A stretch of DNA of 64,000 nucleotides from a virus, in the IMG/VR virus record IMGVR_UViG_3300008108_007904. One strand, written 5' to 3'. Position 1 is the stretch's first letter, and each line of letters opens with the position of its first letter. The position numbers were made by a program, and so were the translations under genes. The notes beneath the pieces were generated by a model. That model was not told the origin of the DNA and ran no database searches. It was given only the letters and a program-made list of their open reading frames with translations. Positions 50,641 through 60,587 of the stretch are shown one piece after another.

Positions 50641-50661
50641 TCAACTGACAGTCTAACTTTT

Positions 50662-50694
50662 AAAAAAGCGAAGATTAACCTCTTCGCTTTTTTT
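50662..50694 (+). terminator. Intrinsic terminator
   Basis: A6-GCGAAGA-ttaacc-TCTTCGC-T7. Confidence 0.85.
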
Positions 50695-50731
50695 ATTTGA
50701 TAAGCCGTGTATTTCATATATACTACTATGT

Positions 50732-51868
50732 ATGGAAAAAGAAATCGATAATATATTCAAGAAGCTAGATTCACTTAACAGCGAGGCAACATTCCTAGAC
50801 GAGAATGCCCTATCAAATGTCGATACTTGGTATGACACAGGATGTTATGCACTGAATGCTATCCTTGGCGGTAGTTGTAGAAAAGGCGGTGTACCAAAGG
50901 GTAGAATTGTGGGATTCTCCGGTGAATCAATGACTGGAAAAACATTTATTGTGAATAAAATTTTAGCTAATGCTCAGAAGCAAGGCGTATATCCGGTCAT
51001 TTTTGACACTGAATTTGCCATCGATGAAGGTTCAACAAAAGGCGTCGGTCTCGACCCTTCGAAAACGAAATATGTACCTGTTTATACGGTAGATCAGTGC
51101 AGGAATCAGCTATCTGCATTCTTGGATAGTGTTATTGAAAATAAGCAAGAAGGTAAGTTTATTATTAGTATTGACAGTCTTGGCAATCTTTCCTCACAGA
51201 AAGAAATCGATGACATTGCAAAGGATAAATCTGCAGCAGATATGGGGTTGAGAGCGAAATCTTTGAAGAGTTTACTACGCACTCTTACCTATAAGGCAGG
51301 GCGTGCTGGCGTGACGATTCTGTTTACCAACCATACGTATGCTGATCCTGGTGCAATGTATCCATCGCTCATAAAAAACCAAGCAGGTGGGTCTGGACCG
51401 GTGTATATGGCGAGTATTCTAGTACAGCTCGCTAAACGCAACGAGAAGGAAGGTGAGGGTGATGCAGGTGCAGTTAACACAACAAAACTTGCTGAAGCGA
51501 ACAAATACTCAGGAACTACACTACGAGCATTGACTGTTAAAAATCGCTTTGTTCCACCGTTTCTTGAAGCAGAAATGTACCTCTCATTCAAGTCGGGTCT
51601 TAACAAGTATAGCGGGTTACTACAGATGGCAGCAGCACGAGGTATCGTTGAACAAACTGGTTCGACATATGTTGTAGGTGTTGATAGTGGTAAGTATAAA
51701 AAAGGTGAAAAACTGGGATATGCTAAGAATTTCGTGAAGGATATCTCTTTCTTTGAAGACTTCTTGATACCAGAACTCGACAAGAGACTTACTGAAGATT
51801 ACAAATACAACAGTAATGACGGTGAAACACAACCGAAGATTGAAGAAGAATTTGTAGACAATGAATAA
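50732..51868 (+). CDS. uvsX: RecA-like recombinase
   Basis: DTGCYALN, GESMTGKT, FDTE, IDSLGNL, DMGLRAK, NHTY, KNRF. Confidence 0.95.
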   Translation: MEKEIDNIFKKLDSLNSEATFLDENALSNVDTWYDTGCYALNAILGGSCRKGGVPKGRIVGFSGESMTGKTFIVNKILANAQKQGVYPVIFDTEFAIDEGSTKGVGLDPSKTKYVPVYTVDQCRNQLSAFLDSVIENKQEGKFIISIDSLGNLSSQKEIDDIAKDKSAADMGLRAKSLKSLLRTLTYKAGRAGVTILFTNHTYADPGAMYPSLIKNQAGGSGPVYMASILVQLAKRNEKEGEGDAGAVNTTKLAEANKYSGTTLRALTVKNRFVPPFLEAEMYLSFKSGLNKYSGLLQMAAARGIVEQTGSTYVVGVDSGKYKKGEKLGYAKNFVKDISFFEDFLIPELDKRLTEDYKYNSNDGETQPKIEEEFVDNE

Positions 51869-52571
51869 GGTAGTTTTATCGTATTCTGGTGGTATGGACT
51901 CAACTGTCCTACTATATAAAGCACTACATGACTTTGACGTTGTACACACAGTTACCTTTAACTACGGTCAAAGGCACCACAAAGAGATTGAAATAGTAAA
52001 GAGTCAAATAGAACGTCATTCTAGCAAGAAATTAACGAATGTTATACTTGATTTACCGTTCTTTCAGCAATTCAAAGGTTCATCATTACTCGATAATACC
52101 ATTGACGTAGCCAAGGCAAAAGACGTTATGGGTGACCCACAAACAGTAAACTATGTACCGTTCAGAAACACTATATTTTTGTCAATTTTGGCAGGGTATG
52201 CGGAAAGTGTAGGTGCTAAGACAGTATGGTACGGAGCAGCGCAAGCTGATAGTGTCGCGGGCTTCTACGACGGGAGCATTGAGTTTCTCGATCAAATCAA
52301 CGATATTACAAAACTCAATAGGAGACACGTAATATCCATAGAAGCACCACTTATCGACCTATCTAAGAAAGAAATAATCAAACTCGGTCAACAGTATGAT
52401 GTTGACTATACTGACACATGGACATGTTATGAAGGTAAGGACGTGGCGTGTGGTGAATGCACGGCATGCGCACTACGTTTGAAAGGGTTTGTTGATGCAG
52501 GCATACCAGATCCTGTTCCGTACTCAAAAGTTATACCATGGGATAAGCTTATTAAGCTCCCTGCCAGATAG
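51861..52571 (+). CDS. queC: 7-cyano-7-deazaguanine synthase
   Basis: SGGMDST, YGQRH..E, VPFRN, TWTCY, CGECTAC. Confidence 0.95.
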   Translation: MNKVVLSYSGGMDSTVLLYKALHDFDVVHTVTFNYGQRHHKEIEIVKSQIERHSSKKLTNVILDLPFFQQFKGSSLLDNTIDVAKAKDVMGDPQTVNYVPFRNTIFLSILAGYAESVGAKTVWYGAAQADSVAGFYDGSIEFLDQINDITKLNRRHVISIEAPLIDLSKKEIIKLGQQYDVDYTDTWTCYEGKDVACGECTACALRLKGFVDAGIPDPVPYSKVIPWDKLIKLPAR

Positions 52572-53052
52572 CAGTAATTTGCTGCTGCAACGGCTTTGGT
52601 GCGTACTTGCTTGCCTTCTTAGTTGTAGGGTTATATTTAGCCCAACCGGTGCCTGACCATATATACGGCTCGTTTTTAAACATTACTGTATCGCCGTTCT
52701 CTGGACTGTCTTTGCTAGTAAGCTCACCGGATTGCAACAACTCACCGAGTGCAGTTTGTACCTTAGTTATTGTTGACTGTCTCACCTCACCTTTCGGTAT
52801 TAATCCGAGCTTTTGTAAATCTTTAATTAAATTTGTCGAAGCAGATTTGACGATGTAGTTTAACTTGCCTGATGCATATGCATCACCAGAGCCTGTTGTA
52901 GCTTTACCGATTAGTGACTTACCAATATTTTTTGCATATGTACCAGCTGCAGTACTTGCACCAGCGACGCGTGCTCCAGCTCGCGACAGTATACCTTCAT
53001 TAACGATTTGAGATTCGTAAAGCAAAGCAAGCTTGTTGGTATCGTCAGTCAT
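52552..53052 (-). CDS. Hypothetical protein (putative internal head protein)
   Basis: MTDDTNKLALLYE...VNEG. Confidence 0.6.
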   Translation of the reverse strand: MTDDTNKLALLYESQIVNEGILSRAGARVAGASTAAGTYAKNIGKSLIGKATTGSGDAYASGKLNYIVKSASTNLIKDLQKLGLIPKGEVRQSTITKVQTALGELLQSGELTSKDSPENGDTVMFKNEPYIWSGTGWAKYNPTTKKASKYAPKPLQQQITAIWQGA

Positions 53053-53057
53053 TAATA

Positions 53058-54005
53058 TTAATTTTGCTGTGCCCAGTAAGATCTACCGGTCTGTGGCATA
53101 AAGTGCTTTGATGCATACTCTTCAGGATCGAGATTTACATCTGTAGTGTCGCCTGCATCTTCTAAATCGTCGCCAGACTCACCAGGGACAACTTTTGACC
53201 CATCGGTATCAAATATACCTCTATTAATAAGGCCTTTTATTAAACCTGTGGCTCGAGTTTCAGCGCTCTTGCTTGAGATTTCTGGATCACTCTGAACATA
53301 AAGTTGACCGATTTCTCTTGCAAGCTCAGACATCTCCATACCACCTTCAACAGAATACACAAGCTTCTTAGCTGCTTCAATGTATTTGTTGCTTGTTGGC
53401 TCAGTGCTCGCAGCAGGGGCACCTGCTGCAGGCTCACTTACTGCAGGTTCACCTTCTGGTGCTGCAACAGGTGCAGGTTTGTCAGCAGTTTGCTGTACTG
53501 CAGTAGCGACAGCACTTTGTACTTCACCTTCTGAAGGCGGCTCATCACCCTGTACTTCATCTTCAAGAGCCTGAACAACATCTTGTATAAAACCTCTAAA
53601 AATACGAGCAGTGTATCCATGAATAGCGCTAGAAGTTAAACCTTTTACATTTTCAAGCTCAGGGTATGATGACTTAAGCTGTTGTATTACAGCAGGTAAT
53701 TTTTGCTGAATAGCATTTTGCAATTTACCGAGCTGCTCTCTTTTATCACCAGAAGCAGCAAATTTTCCGCCGGGAAATAACTCATCATATATTGGTTTTG
53801 CAAGAATGTCAGCGACTTCTTCCGTCGATTTGTTTAATGCTGCTTTTAAAATCTTAAAAACATATGTATCATTTGTCTTTTCACGTTCACCGACACCTTT
53901 TGATACTGCAGATCCGAATGTCCCATATTCCGCACCGAGGTCGAGCTCATTCAATATAACACGGTTTTTATATTGTTCAAAAATTAAATTACAATCCTTA
54001 TTCAT
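53058..54005 (-). CDS. Hypothetical acidic protein (putative internal head protein)
   Basis: MNKDCNLIFEQY...LNE, PA-rich linker, AATAAATA upstream. Confidence 0.65.
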   Translation of the reverse strand: MNKDCNLIFEQYKNRVILNELDLGAEYGTFGSAVSKGVGEREKTNDTYVFKILKAALNKSTEEVADILAKPIYDELFPGGKFAASGDKREQLGKLQNAIQQKLPAVIQQLKSSYPELENVKGLTSSAIHGYTARIFRGFIQDVVQALEDEVQGDEPPSEGEVQSAVATAVQQTADKPAPVAAPEGEPAVSEPAAGAPAASTEPTSNKYIEAAKKLVYSVEGGMEMSELAREIGQLYVQSDPEISSKSAETRATGLIKGLINRGIFDTDGSKVVPGESGDDLEDAGDTTDVNLDPEEYASKHFMPQTGRSYWAQQN

Positions 54006-54059
54006 GGCTTGAAATATTTATTCTCTCGTATATATTTATTACAGGGAGGCACGAAACTT

Positions 54060-54746
54060 ATTTGCTCGATATTTGGCTCAACAAAATTTACAACATATAA
54101 AAAATTATACGAAAAAGGAAGAACTAGAGGTGATTTCTCATATGGAGGTCTTTTTGTTCGGAATAAAAATCTTGTTGTAACTATTAAAACAGAAGGCACA
54201 ATAAATCTCGAAAAGACAGATCTATTAGTTAGTGAAAGTCATGAGATACAGGTTAAAGATTTTAATTTATATCTCGGGCATACACAGGCACCTACAAGCT
54301 GTCAGCGAGAATATAATGCTGACACTACTCATCCTTTCTGCTGCAACGAGTGGTTAGTAGCGCATAATGGTGTATTAACGAACTGCGATAAAATAAAAAA
54401 GCGAATAAACGACGACACTTTGTACAACGTTGTAGATACATCTCTTATACCTGCTCTTTTGTATACTCTTAGTGATGAAGGGTACGACGAGATTGAGTCA
54501 ATAATAGAGACATTATCTTATATAGAAGGTACATACGGTCTCTGGATACATAATAAGCTGTCATGCAATACGTATATAGCGCGATGCGGTAGTACACTTT
54601 ATAGTAATTTTCTAACAAACGACTTCTCATCCGTTGAGACTAAAGGAATGCAACCTCTCACTGAGGGTACACTCTATCTTCTAACTCCGGAAGGTGTGAC
54701 GGAAGTCGGTGGTTTTGATACAAATTCACCGTTTCTTGTAATATGA
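54060..54746 (+). CDS. Class II (Ntn) glutamine amidotransferase
   Basis: CSIFG, RG..S.G, GHTQAPT, HPF, AHNGVL.N, VDT. Start proposed at ATT 54060; the alternative is TTG 54009. Confidence 0.85.
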   Translation: MCSIFGSTKFTTYKKLYEKGRTRGDFSYGGLFVRNKNLVVTIKTEGTINLEKTDLLVSESHEIQVKDFNLYLGHTQAPTSCQREYNADTTHPFCCNEWLVAHNGVLTNCDKIKKRINDDTLYNVVDTSLIPALLYTLSDEGYDEIESIIETLSYIEGTYGLWIHNKLSCNTYIARCGSTLYSNFLTNDFSSVETKGMQPLTEGTLYLLTPEGVTEVGGFDTNSPFLVI

Positions 54747-55429
54747 AAAAAGTAAAAATAGTTTCTTGCACGCAGCAAAGCGATTACAAAAAAACTACCT
54801 TGTATAAAAGCTTACAACAAATACAATCTGCTACCGAGGTATATTTTGATGATATACATTTTTATACGGAAAATAAAGAAAGCTTAAGTAAGAGATACAA
54901 TCAGTACTTAGAGCGCAACAAGGATAAAGATTCAATAGTTGTCTTTGCTCACGATGATGCGTGTATAGAGGATGGATTAATAGTAAAAAAACTACGCCAA
55001 TATCACGAACAATATGATATAATTGGTGTTGCTGGTGGTGTCAATTTGCAAATAAAAGCACCAGCACTATGGCACATTATGTGTGGTGGATTCGGACCAA
55101 ATTTAAGAGGATTTGCAGGTCATTATATAGAAAATACTAACCAGAGTTTTATAACCAATTTCGGTCCAACACCAGCAAGAGTCACAGTCATCGACGGTCT
55201 TTTTATGTCTGTGAATACCGAAACGGCAAGCAAAACAGGTTGGAAATTTAACGAAAATTATTCTTTTCATCATTATGATATTGCAAGCTGCCTGGATGCA
55301 AATACTAAAAAATTAAAAATAGGTGTAGTGCCGATATGGGTTACACATCATTCACACGGGCTACGCGAATACAATAAAGTATTTACAACGAGCCAAGAAA
55401 CATTCCTTGAAGAGTATAAGAGTTATTGA
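54743..55429 (+). CDS. GT2-like glycosyltransferase
   Basis: VFAHDD, IIGVAG, IDGLFM, FHHYD, H.SHG. Confidence 0.75.
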   Translation: MKKVKIVSCTQQSDYKKTTLYKSLQQIQSATEVYFDDIHFYTENKESLSKRYNQYLERNKDKDSIVVFAHDDACIEDGLIVKKLRQYHEQYDIIGVAGGVNLQIKAPALWHIMCGGFGPNLRGFAGHYIENTNQSFITNFGPTPARVTVIDGLFMSVNTETASKTGWKFNENYSFHHYDIASCLDANTKKLKIGVVPIWVTHHSHGLREYNKVFTTSQETFLEEYKSY

Positions 55430-55462
55430 TTGCTATCAATAATGATCATATAATAATAATAC

Positions 55463-56785
55463 ATGTCGAAGATTGACTTAAATTTTTTTGAAACTATTGT
55501 TGCATATAAATCGCTTACTGATGAATCCTATTTGTCCTCCATTATTGATCACGTTAAGCCAATATACTTTAAAGATAAAGATATAAGAGCTGTTTTTCTC
55601 TTAATACGTGACTTTTTTGAGAAGAGAGGTACCACACCAACATTGACTGAACTTAAAGCTCATCTACTGACAGATGAGACGAAAGAATCTTTTAAAACAG
55701 TAGTAAAACGTTTTGCAGATATAGATACTAATTTTAATAATGATGAATTAACTGCAAATACAGAGACATTTTTAAAAGAGAAGGCAGTATTTCATACAAT
55801 GATGGATATTGCTGATAATATCAATAAAGAAGCAGTTGACACCTCAGCAATTCTCGACAAGTTTGAATCAGCATGTAATATTTCACTTACAACCGATACA
55901 GGATTAGATCTTTTTAATGATGTTGACACGATCATTGAAGAAATAAATTCTGAAACACGGTTTATTCCATCAAAATGGAACTGGTTTGATGAGAAGATTA
56001 GTGGTGGTTTCATTGAGTCAGGTAGAGCTTTGTATGTTTTTACCGGTGAAACAAATATCGGTAAAAGTATTTTTCTCGGCAACGTCGCGACAAATATTGC
56101 TAATCAAGGTAAGACTGTCTTGCTAATTTCTCTTGAAATGCCTGAATTAGTATACGCTCAAAGATTGAGTTCAAGTATTACAAAAATACCATTGAGTAAG
56201 CTTAAGTCAGAATCATCTACACTCAGGCAACAACTTAACGAGCATGCTGAAGCTAACCCCAAAGCAAAGATTTTAATTAAAGAGTTTCCGCCATCCACTA
56301 TAACGTTACCGTACCTCAAGGCTTATATTAAGAAAATGTGTAGCAATGGATTAAAATTTGACGCTATTGTTGTTGATTATGTAAATTTATTGCATTCTAC
56401 TACCGGTAACAATAGCTATGAAAGAGTTAAGCACGCTACAGAGCAGTTACGCGCTCTCTCTTACCATTTCAATTGCCCGATAATAACCGCTACACAGCTA
56501 AACCGATCTGGATTTTCAATATCTGACCCAGGTATGAATACTATCTCAGAGAGTATGGGTCTTGCGATGACCGCAGATGTAATTGTTAGTATATGGCAGG
56601 AAGATACGGATCGTGAGCTCGGTGTAATCCGAATGGGTATGATGAAAAACCGATTCGGGCCTGCTTTTGGTAATTGTTTATTGCGGATTGATTATTCTAC
56701 ACTTACGATAACTGAAGACGAGCATGTAAATGATACAGAGGCGAGCTCTTCTTCGGCAAATTTACTAGCAACCCTATCAAGGTAA
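55463..56785 (+). CDS. gp41: Replicative DnaB-like helicase
   Basis: GETNIGKS, SLEM, IKEFP, VDY, TATQLNR, SES, KNRFG. Confidence 0.95.
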   Translation: MSKIDLNFFETIVAYKSLTDESYLSSIIDHVKPIYFKDKDIRAVFLLIRDFFEKRGTTPTLTELKAHLLTDETKESFKTVVKRFADIDTNFNNDELTANTETFLKEKAVFHTMMDIADNINKEAVDTSAILDKFESACNISLTTDTGLDLFNDVDTIIEEINSETRFIPSKWNWFDEKISGGFIESGRALYVFTGETNIGKSIFLGNVATNIANQGKTVLLISLEMPELVYAQRLSSSITKIPLSKLKSESSTLRQQLNEHAEANPKAKILIKEFPPSTITLPYLKAYIKKMCSNGLKFDAIVVDYVNLLHSTTGNNSYERVKHATEQLRALSYHFNCPIITATQLNRSGFSISDPGMNTISESMGLAMTADVIVSIWQEDTDRELGVIRMGMMKNRFGPAFGNCLLRIDYSTLTITEDEHVNDTEASSSSANLLATLSR

Positions 56786-56831
56786 TGTATTGATTTATCC
56801 GGTCAGTCAATAATTAATAATATTGACCGGA

Positions 56832-57116
56832 ATGAACAAACATTGCAGCAGTGCATTACTTGAATACGAATTAAACCATCTGTTTCTCTCGTTCTGTACT
56901 TTTATTACACTTACACATACTAAAAAGCTTAATCTAGCAAACATATTTCTTCTTTTGTTGCAAGATAAAGAGTTGCGGTCATTTTTTAAAACTTATTGCG
57001 ATATATCGAGTGATTTTGCAGTTGTACAGACATTTCTTAAGTTTGACCCCAGCCTTCACAAAAGTAAATATATTATGAAGTTCTTGAATAGTACAAAAAA
57101 GAAGATTATTATATAA
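56832..57116 (+). CDS. Hypothetical protein
   Basis: ORF within the replication operon. Confidence 0.55.
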   Translation: MNKHCSSALLEYELNHLFLSFCTFITLTHTKKLNLANIFLLLLQDKELRSFFKTYCDISSDFAVVQTFLKFDPSLHKSKYIMKFLNSTKKKIII

Positions 57117-57122
57117 CCTGTA

Positions 57123-57788
57123 ATGGAATTACAGGTATCAGAATTTGAAGAGCATATATACAATTTACATCTCAAGACTACGAGACAGAAAAACAAGCAG
57201 CCGTACAAGCTAAGAAAAAACTTTGTATCCCTAGATGACACTTCAAAGATATATTTGAAAAAGCTTTCAACCTTTTTTGCAAAACATAAACATATAGATA
57301 TAGAAGATTTTTTTGTTGCACCATTTACTATCTATCCTGATGAAACTTTTTTTGATCTACAATATTTTACAACACTAAAAGCTGTAAAATCATATACGTT
57401 ATATCAAAAATATCTACAAAATCTTGCACCTGATAGCCCCGACCAGCTATTACGCATTCAAAAGTCAATAAAATTTATTCTTAATTTTTGCAAAGAAAAT
57501 AAAATTAAAATAGACGACTATATTAGTCATAAGGAAGATAATGTACCGTCATTTCTTATACATCTTAAAGAACATAAAATCAATACGTATACCCTCCACG
57601 GATTTAACAATTTCGAACAAATGTTTAGAAAAGTCGACACAGAAATTATAAAATTTATGTTTGATGAACAAATATACGAGCAAGTACGGGTGACAAAAAT
57701 AAAACTACATGGGTCAACAAAAGCAAAAGCGTTTGTTGAGTTAGGATTACAGAAAGCATCAGAAATTTTGAAAAAAACAGTTGATTAA
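57123..57788 (+). CDS. Putative helicase loader (gp59-like)
   Basis: Basic ~220-aa helical protein directly upstream of gp32, as in T4. Confidence 0.5.
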   Translation: MELQVSEFEEHIYNLHLKTTRQKNKQPYKLRKNFVSLDDTSKIYLKKLSTFFAKHKHIDIEDFFVAPFTIYPDETFFDLQYFTTLKAVKSYTLYQKYLQNLAPDSPDQLLRIQKSIKFILNFCKENKIKIDDYISHKEDNVPSFLIHLKEHKINTYTLHGFNNFEQMFRKVDTEIIKFMFDEQIYEQVRVTKIKLHGSTKAKAFVELGLQKASEILKKTVD

Positions 57789-57820
57789 TGACCTATACTT
57801 TCTTACTATAAAGACTAAAT

Positions 57821-58687
57821 ATGAGCACAACAGCATTTACATCCAATATGTTCGAAAGCATTAAATCCGCCCTTACTAAAGAAACGGCACCAACAACAAA
57901 CAAGTATAAAGATATCCTCAAGACAGAAGCAGGTAATACATACACCGTACGCCTACTTCCTAATGTTAAGGATCCTGCTAAGACTTTCTTTCATTATTAT
58001 GCATATACATGGAAGAGTTTTGCAAACGGTCAGCTTATTAATATTACAAGCCCTGCTACCTGGGGTAAGCGTGATTTGATCGCGGAAGAGCGTTATCGTA
58101 TTCTTCGAACCGGTACTGAGGAAGAAAAAGCAAAAGCTGTTGCTTTGACGCGACGTGAAAGCTGGTATGTGAATGTTTATGTAGTTAATGATCCTGTAAA
58201 TGAAGAAAATAATGGACAAGTTAAAGTTCTTCGCTTCGGTAAACAGCTCCATAAAATTATTATGGATGCTATGCAGGGTGAAGAAGCAGTTGACTTCGGA
58301 CCAAGAATCTTTGATCTTTCTCCTAAGGGATGTAGCTTTAGAATTAAAGTAGAGAAGCAAGGTGATTACCCTACATACGTATCATCAAAATTCGCTCTAC
58401 CGAAAGAAATACCTGGAGTTGAAGAGGATGATATTAAAGAAATCTATAACAAAGCATTTGATCTTGAGTCTTTTGTTACAATGAAAGATAATGATGAGAT
58501 TAAACAGCTCCTCGATGAACATTACTACGGAATTGAAACAAGCGATGATGTCACAGAAGAGAGTAAGGATATAGAAGTGCCGCAACCTGTCAAGAGCGTA
58601 CCTACACCAACACAACCGACACCACAGCAAACATCTTCAACATTTGCTGATGATACAATCGAAGACCTTCTCAAGGGGCTTGAATAA
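57821..58687 (+). CDS. gp32: Single-stranded DNA-binding protein
   Basis: VRLLP, NVYVVNDP.N.ENNG.V...FGK, FD...G..F, Y..SKF, acidic tail. Confidence 0.9.
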   Translation: MSTTAFTSNMFESIKSALTKETAPTTNKYKDILKTEAGNTYTVRLLPNVKDPAKTFFHYYAYTWKSFANGQLINITSPATWGKRDLIAEERYRILRTGTEEEKAKAVALTRRESWYVNVYVVNDPVNEENNGQVKVLRFGKQLHKIIMDAMQGEEAVDFGPRIFDLSPKGCSFRIKVEKQGDYPTYVSSKFALPKEIPGVEEDDIKEIYNKAFDLESFVTMKDNDEIKQLLDEHYYGIETSDDVTEESKDIEVPQPVKSVPTPTQPTPQQTSSTFADDTIEDLLKGLE

Positions 58688-58689
58688 TA

Positions 58690-59121
58690 ATGGATGATGC
58701 ATTTAGAGAGCCAACGCCCGCTGAAATTCAGCGGGCGGTACTCCAATTCATGGGAGAGAATATAGGTGAATTAAAGACACTTGATTCACATATTATTAAT
58801 AAAACTAATACACTTAACGGGATGATGCTTCAACCGGAAGCAGTACTAAGAAGCATCCCGCAACCGCAGAGTGTTATACAACCACCACCACAACCAGTTC
58901 CTCAGCAGCCTATCACAGCACCTGCAATACAACAATCACTACCGCAGCCTGCACCAGAACAAGTAACAGATAATGGTCAGTTAGAGTTTGATTTTAATCC
59001 GAGCTATTACGAGGAGATAATGAAAGTCCTCAATTCACATACACGCGAATTGAGAGATCTTCACACATCCGTTCGCGAACTTACCGATATTATTACGTCA
59101 GCCAATAAAAAAAAGGACTGA
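58690..59121 (+). CDS. Hypothetical protein (P/Q-rich linker, QLEFDF motif)
   Basis: ORF between gp32 and gp45. Confidence 0.6.
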   Translation: MDDAFREPTPAEIQRAVLQFMGENIGELKTLDSHIINKTNTLNGMMLQPEAVLRSIPQPQSVIQPPPQPVPQQPITAPAIQQSLPQPAPEQVTDNGQLEFDFNPSYYEEIMKVLNSHTRELRDLHTSVRELTDIITSANKKKD

Positions 59122-59129
59122 TACAGACG

Positions 59130-59157
59130 TTGCTTAGTCTGTTTAAATGTATATAAT
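59130..59157 (+). promoter_or_regulatory. sigma70-like promoter
   Basis: TTGCTT-N16-TATAAT, 6 nt to ATG at 59164. Confidence 0.7.
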
Positions 59158-59163
59158 AATGGT

Positions 59164-59895
59164 ATGAAATTAACAATTCCTAATAAGGATATATTTCTTA
59201 ATAATTTTCTTATTTCAATAGGTAAGATAGCAGAAAGTGCTACTCTTAAGATTACACCGGGCAGAATCGATAGCTTGGTAAGCACAGCAGATAATACGAG
59301 TATTATTTCTATTAGCTATGAAGATGAAAGCATAGATTGTGAAGCTACTCTTAATATACCTGACGTAAAGAAATTATGTAGAGTAATTCAGTGTATTGAA
59401 ACACCGGGTTTCGAATTAACATTAAGCAGTAATAATATAAGTTATAGCTCAAAAACGATACGTTTTAAATATCATTTATATGATGACGGTATTATTACTG
59501 TACCCAAGATAGATCTTAAAAAGCTTGAGACTATCGATTTTGATAGCAAATTTACTCTAGCATATGCATCAATATCATCCCTCGTAAAGGGTAGTACAAT
59601 AGCTACTGATACAAATAAGATCTACTTGTCTTTTATTGATAAAGAAGTACACGGTGAATTAACAGATCATGCAAGAGCGAACACTGACTCTTATGGGTTA
59701 CTTATTTCATCAGATTATACAGGTAAACCAAACACCAAGCCACTACCATTGAATTTTGAGATATTTAGAATAATTTCTTCTATGAAATTTAATACATCAG
59801 TATGTAATATAGCATCGTCGCTAGGTGTTATGACTTTTAACATTGAGCTTGAGAAAACGAAGATTAAATTTATTATATCAGCATTAGCAAATTAG
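59164..59895 (+). CDS. gp45: Sliding clamp
   Basis: 243 aa, alternating beta/alpha clamp pattern, I.D..K, FKY....I..P, replication context. Confidence 0.7.
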   Translation: MKLTIPNKDIFLNNFLISIGKIAESATLKITPGRIDSLVSTADNTSIISISYEDESIDCEATLNIPDVKKLCRVIQCIETPGFELTLSSNNISYSSKTIRFKYHLYDDGIITVPKIDLKKLETIDFDSKFTLAYASISSLVKGSTIATDTNKIYLSFIDKEVHGELTDHARANTDSYGLLISSDYTGKPNTKPLPLNFEIFRIISSMKFNTSVCNIASSLGVMTFNIELEKTKIKFIISALAN

Positions 59896-59896
59896 T

Positions 59897-60286
59897 ATGA
59901 GTAAGAACAAACTTAAAACACCGAGTTATTTTATAAAAAGATTGCGTGATAACGGGTTTATAGCAATCAAGCTTTTCACAATGTATGATAAAGCTGATCC
60001 AAGACGATGGACAGCAATTGTTAATCCTGGTGAAAGATCTGTGTTTATTACTTGTTACAATAATAAAGATAGTCTCGGTGATGTTATGTTTGAATTTAAC
60101 GACGGTGGTGTAAGTATGCCTAAAAATATTTTTCTTAACACAAGCAGTATCGAAGTGATTATTGACTACTTGATAACCAAGGGTGTATCTAATACTCATT
60201 ATCAAGGCAGATCACGATTTGTATCAAAAGAGATAAATAATAATGATGAAGGACAAGAACAATCACAAGAAGCCTCAGGATCCTGA
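59897..60286 (+). CDS. Hypothetical protein
   Basis: ORF in operon. Confidence 0.6.
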   Translation: MSKNKLKTPSYFIKRLRDNGFIAIKLFTMYDKADPRRWTAIVNPGERSVFITCYNNKDSLGDVMFEFNDGGVSMPKNIFLNTSSIEVIIDYLITKGVSNTHYQGRSRFVSKEINNNDEGQEQSQEASGS

Positions 60287-60587
60287 TAACAATAATTCGT
60301 TTACACCGAATAAAGATGCATCAGCAAAAGAGGTTATCCAATCTGCTCTTTCTAGCTTTTTGAAAGAAAAGATTCAGGAAAAAAATATTACTAAAAAAAA
60401 TCTTGAATCGCTTATTGGTGTTATAGAAGAATTTTTAAACTGCTTTATTGTTCTTGGTTATACTTTCGATGGTACACCAATTCAATACATTTGTGCACAT
60501 ACACAGCAAGAAGCTGATTCACTCGCTACACTCGTAAACAAGTTCTTTCAAAATGCTTCACTATCTGACGAAGATACTGACGAGTAA
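60243..60587 (+). CDS. Hypothetical protein
   Basis: ORF in operon. Confidence 0.55.
   Translation: MMKDKNNHKKPQDPDNNNSFTPNKDASAKEVIQSALSSFLKEKIQEKNITKKNLESLIGVIEEFLNCFIVLGYTFDGTPIQYICAHTQQEADSLATLVNKFFQNASLSDEDTDE

Noticed and set aside
47642-56785. Inteins or introns in gp43, uvsX and gp41
   Set aside because: The proteins are normal length with contiguous motifs.
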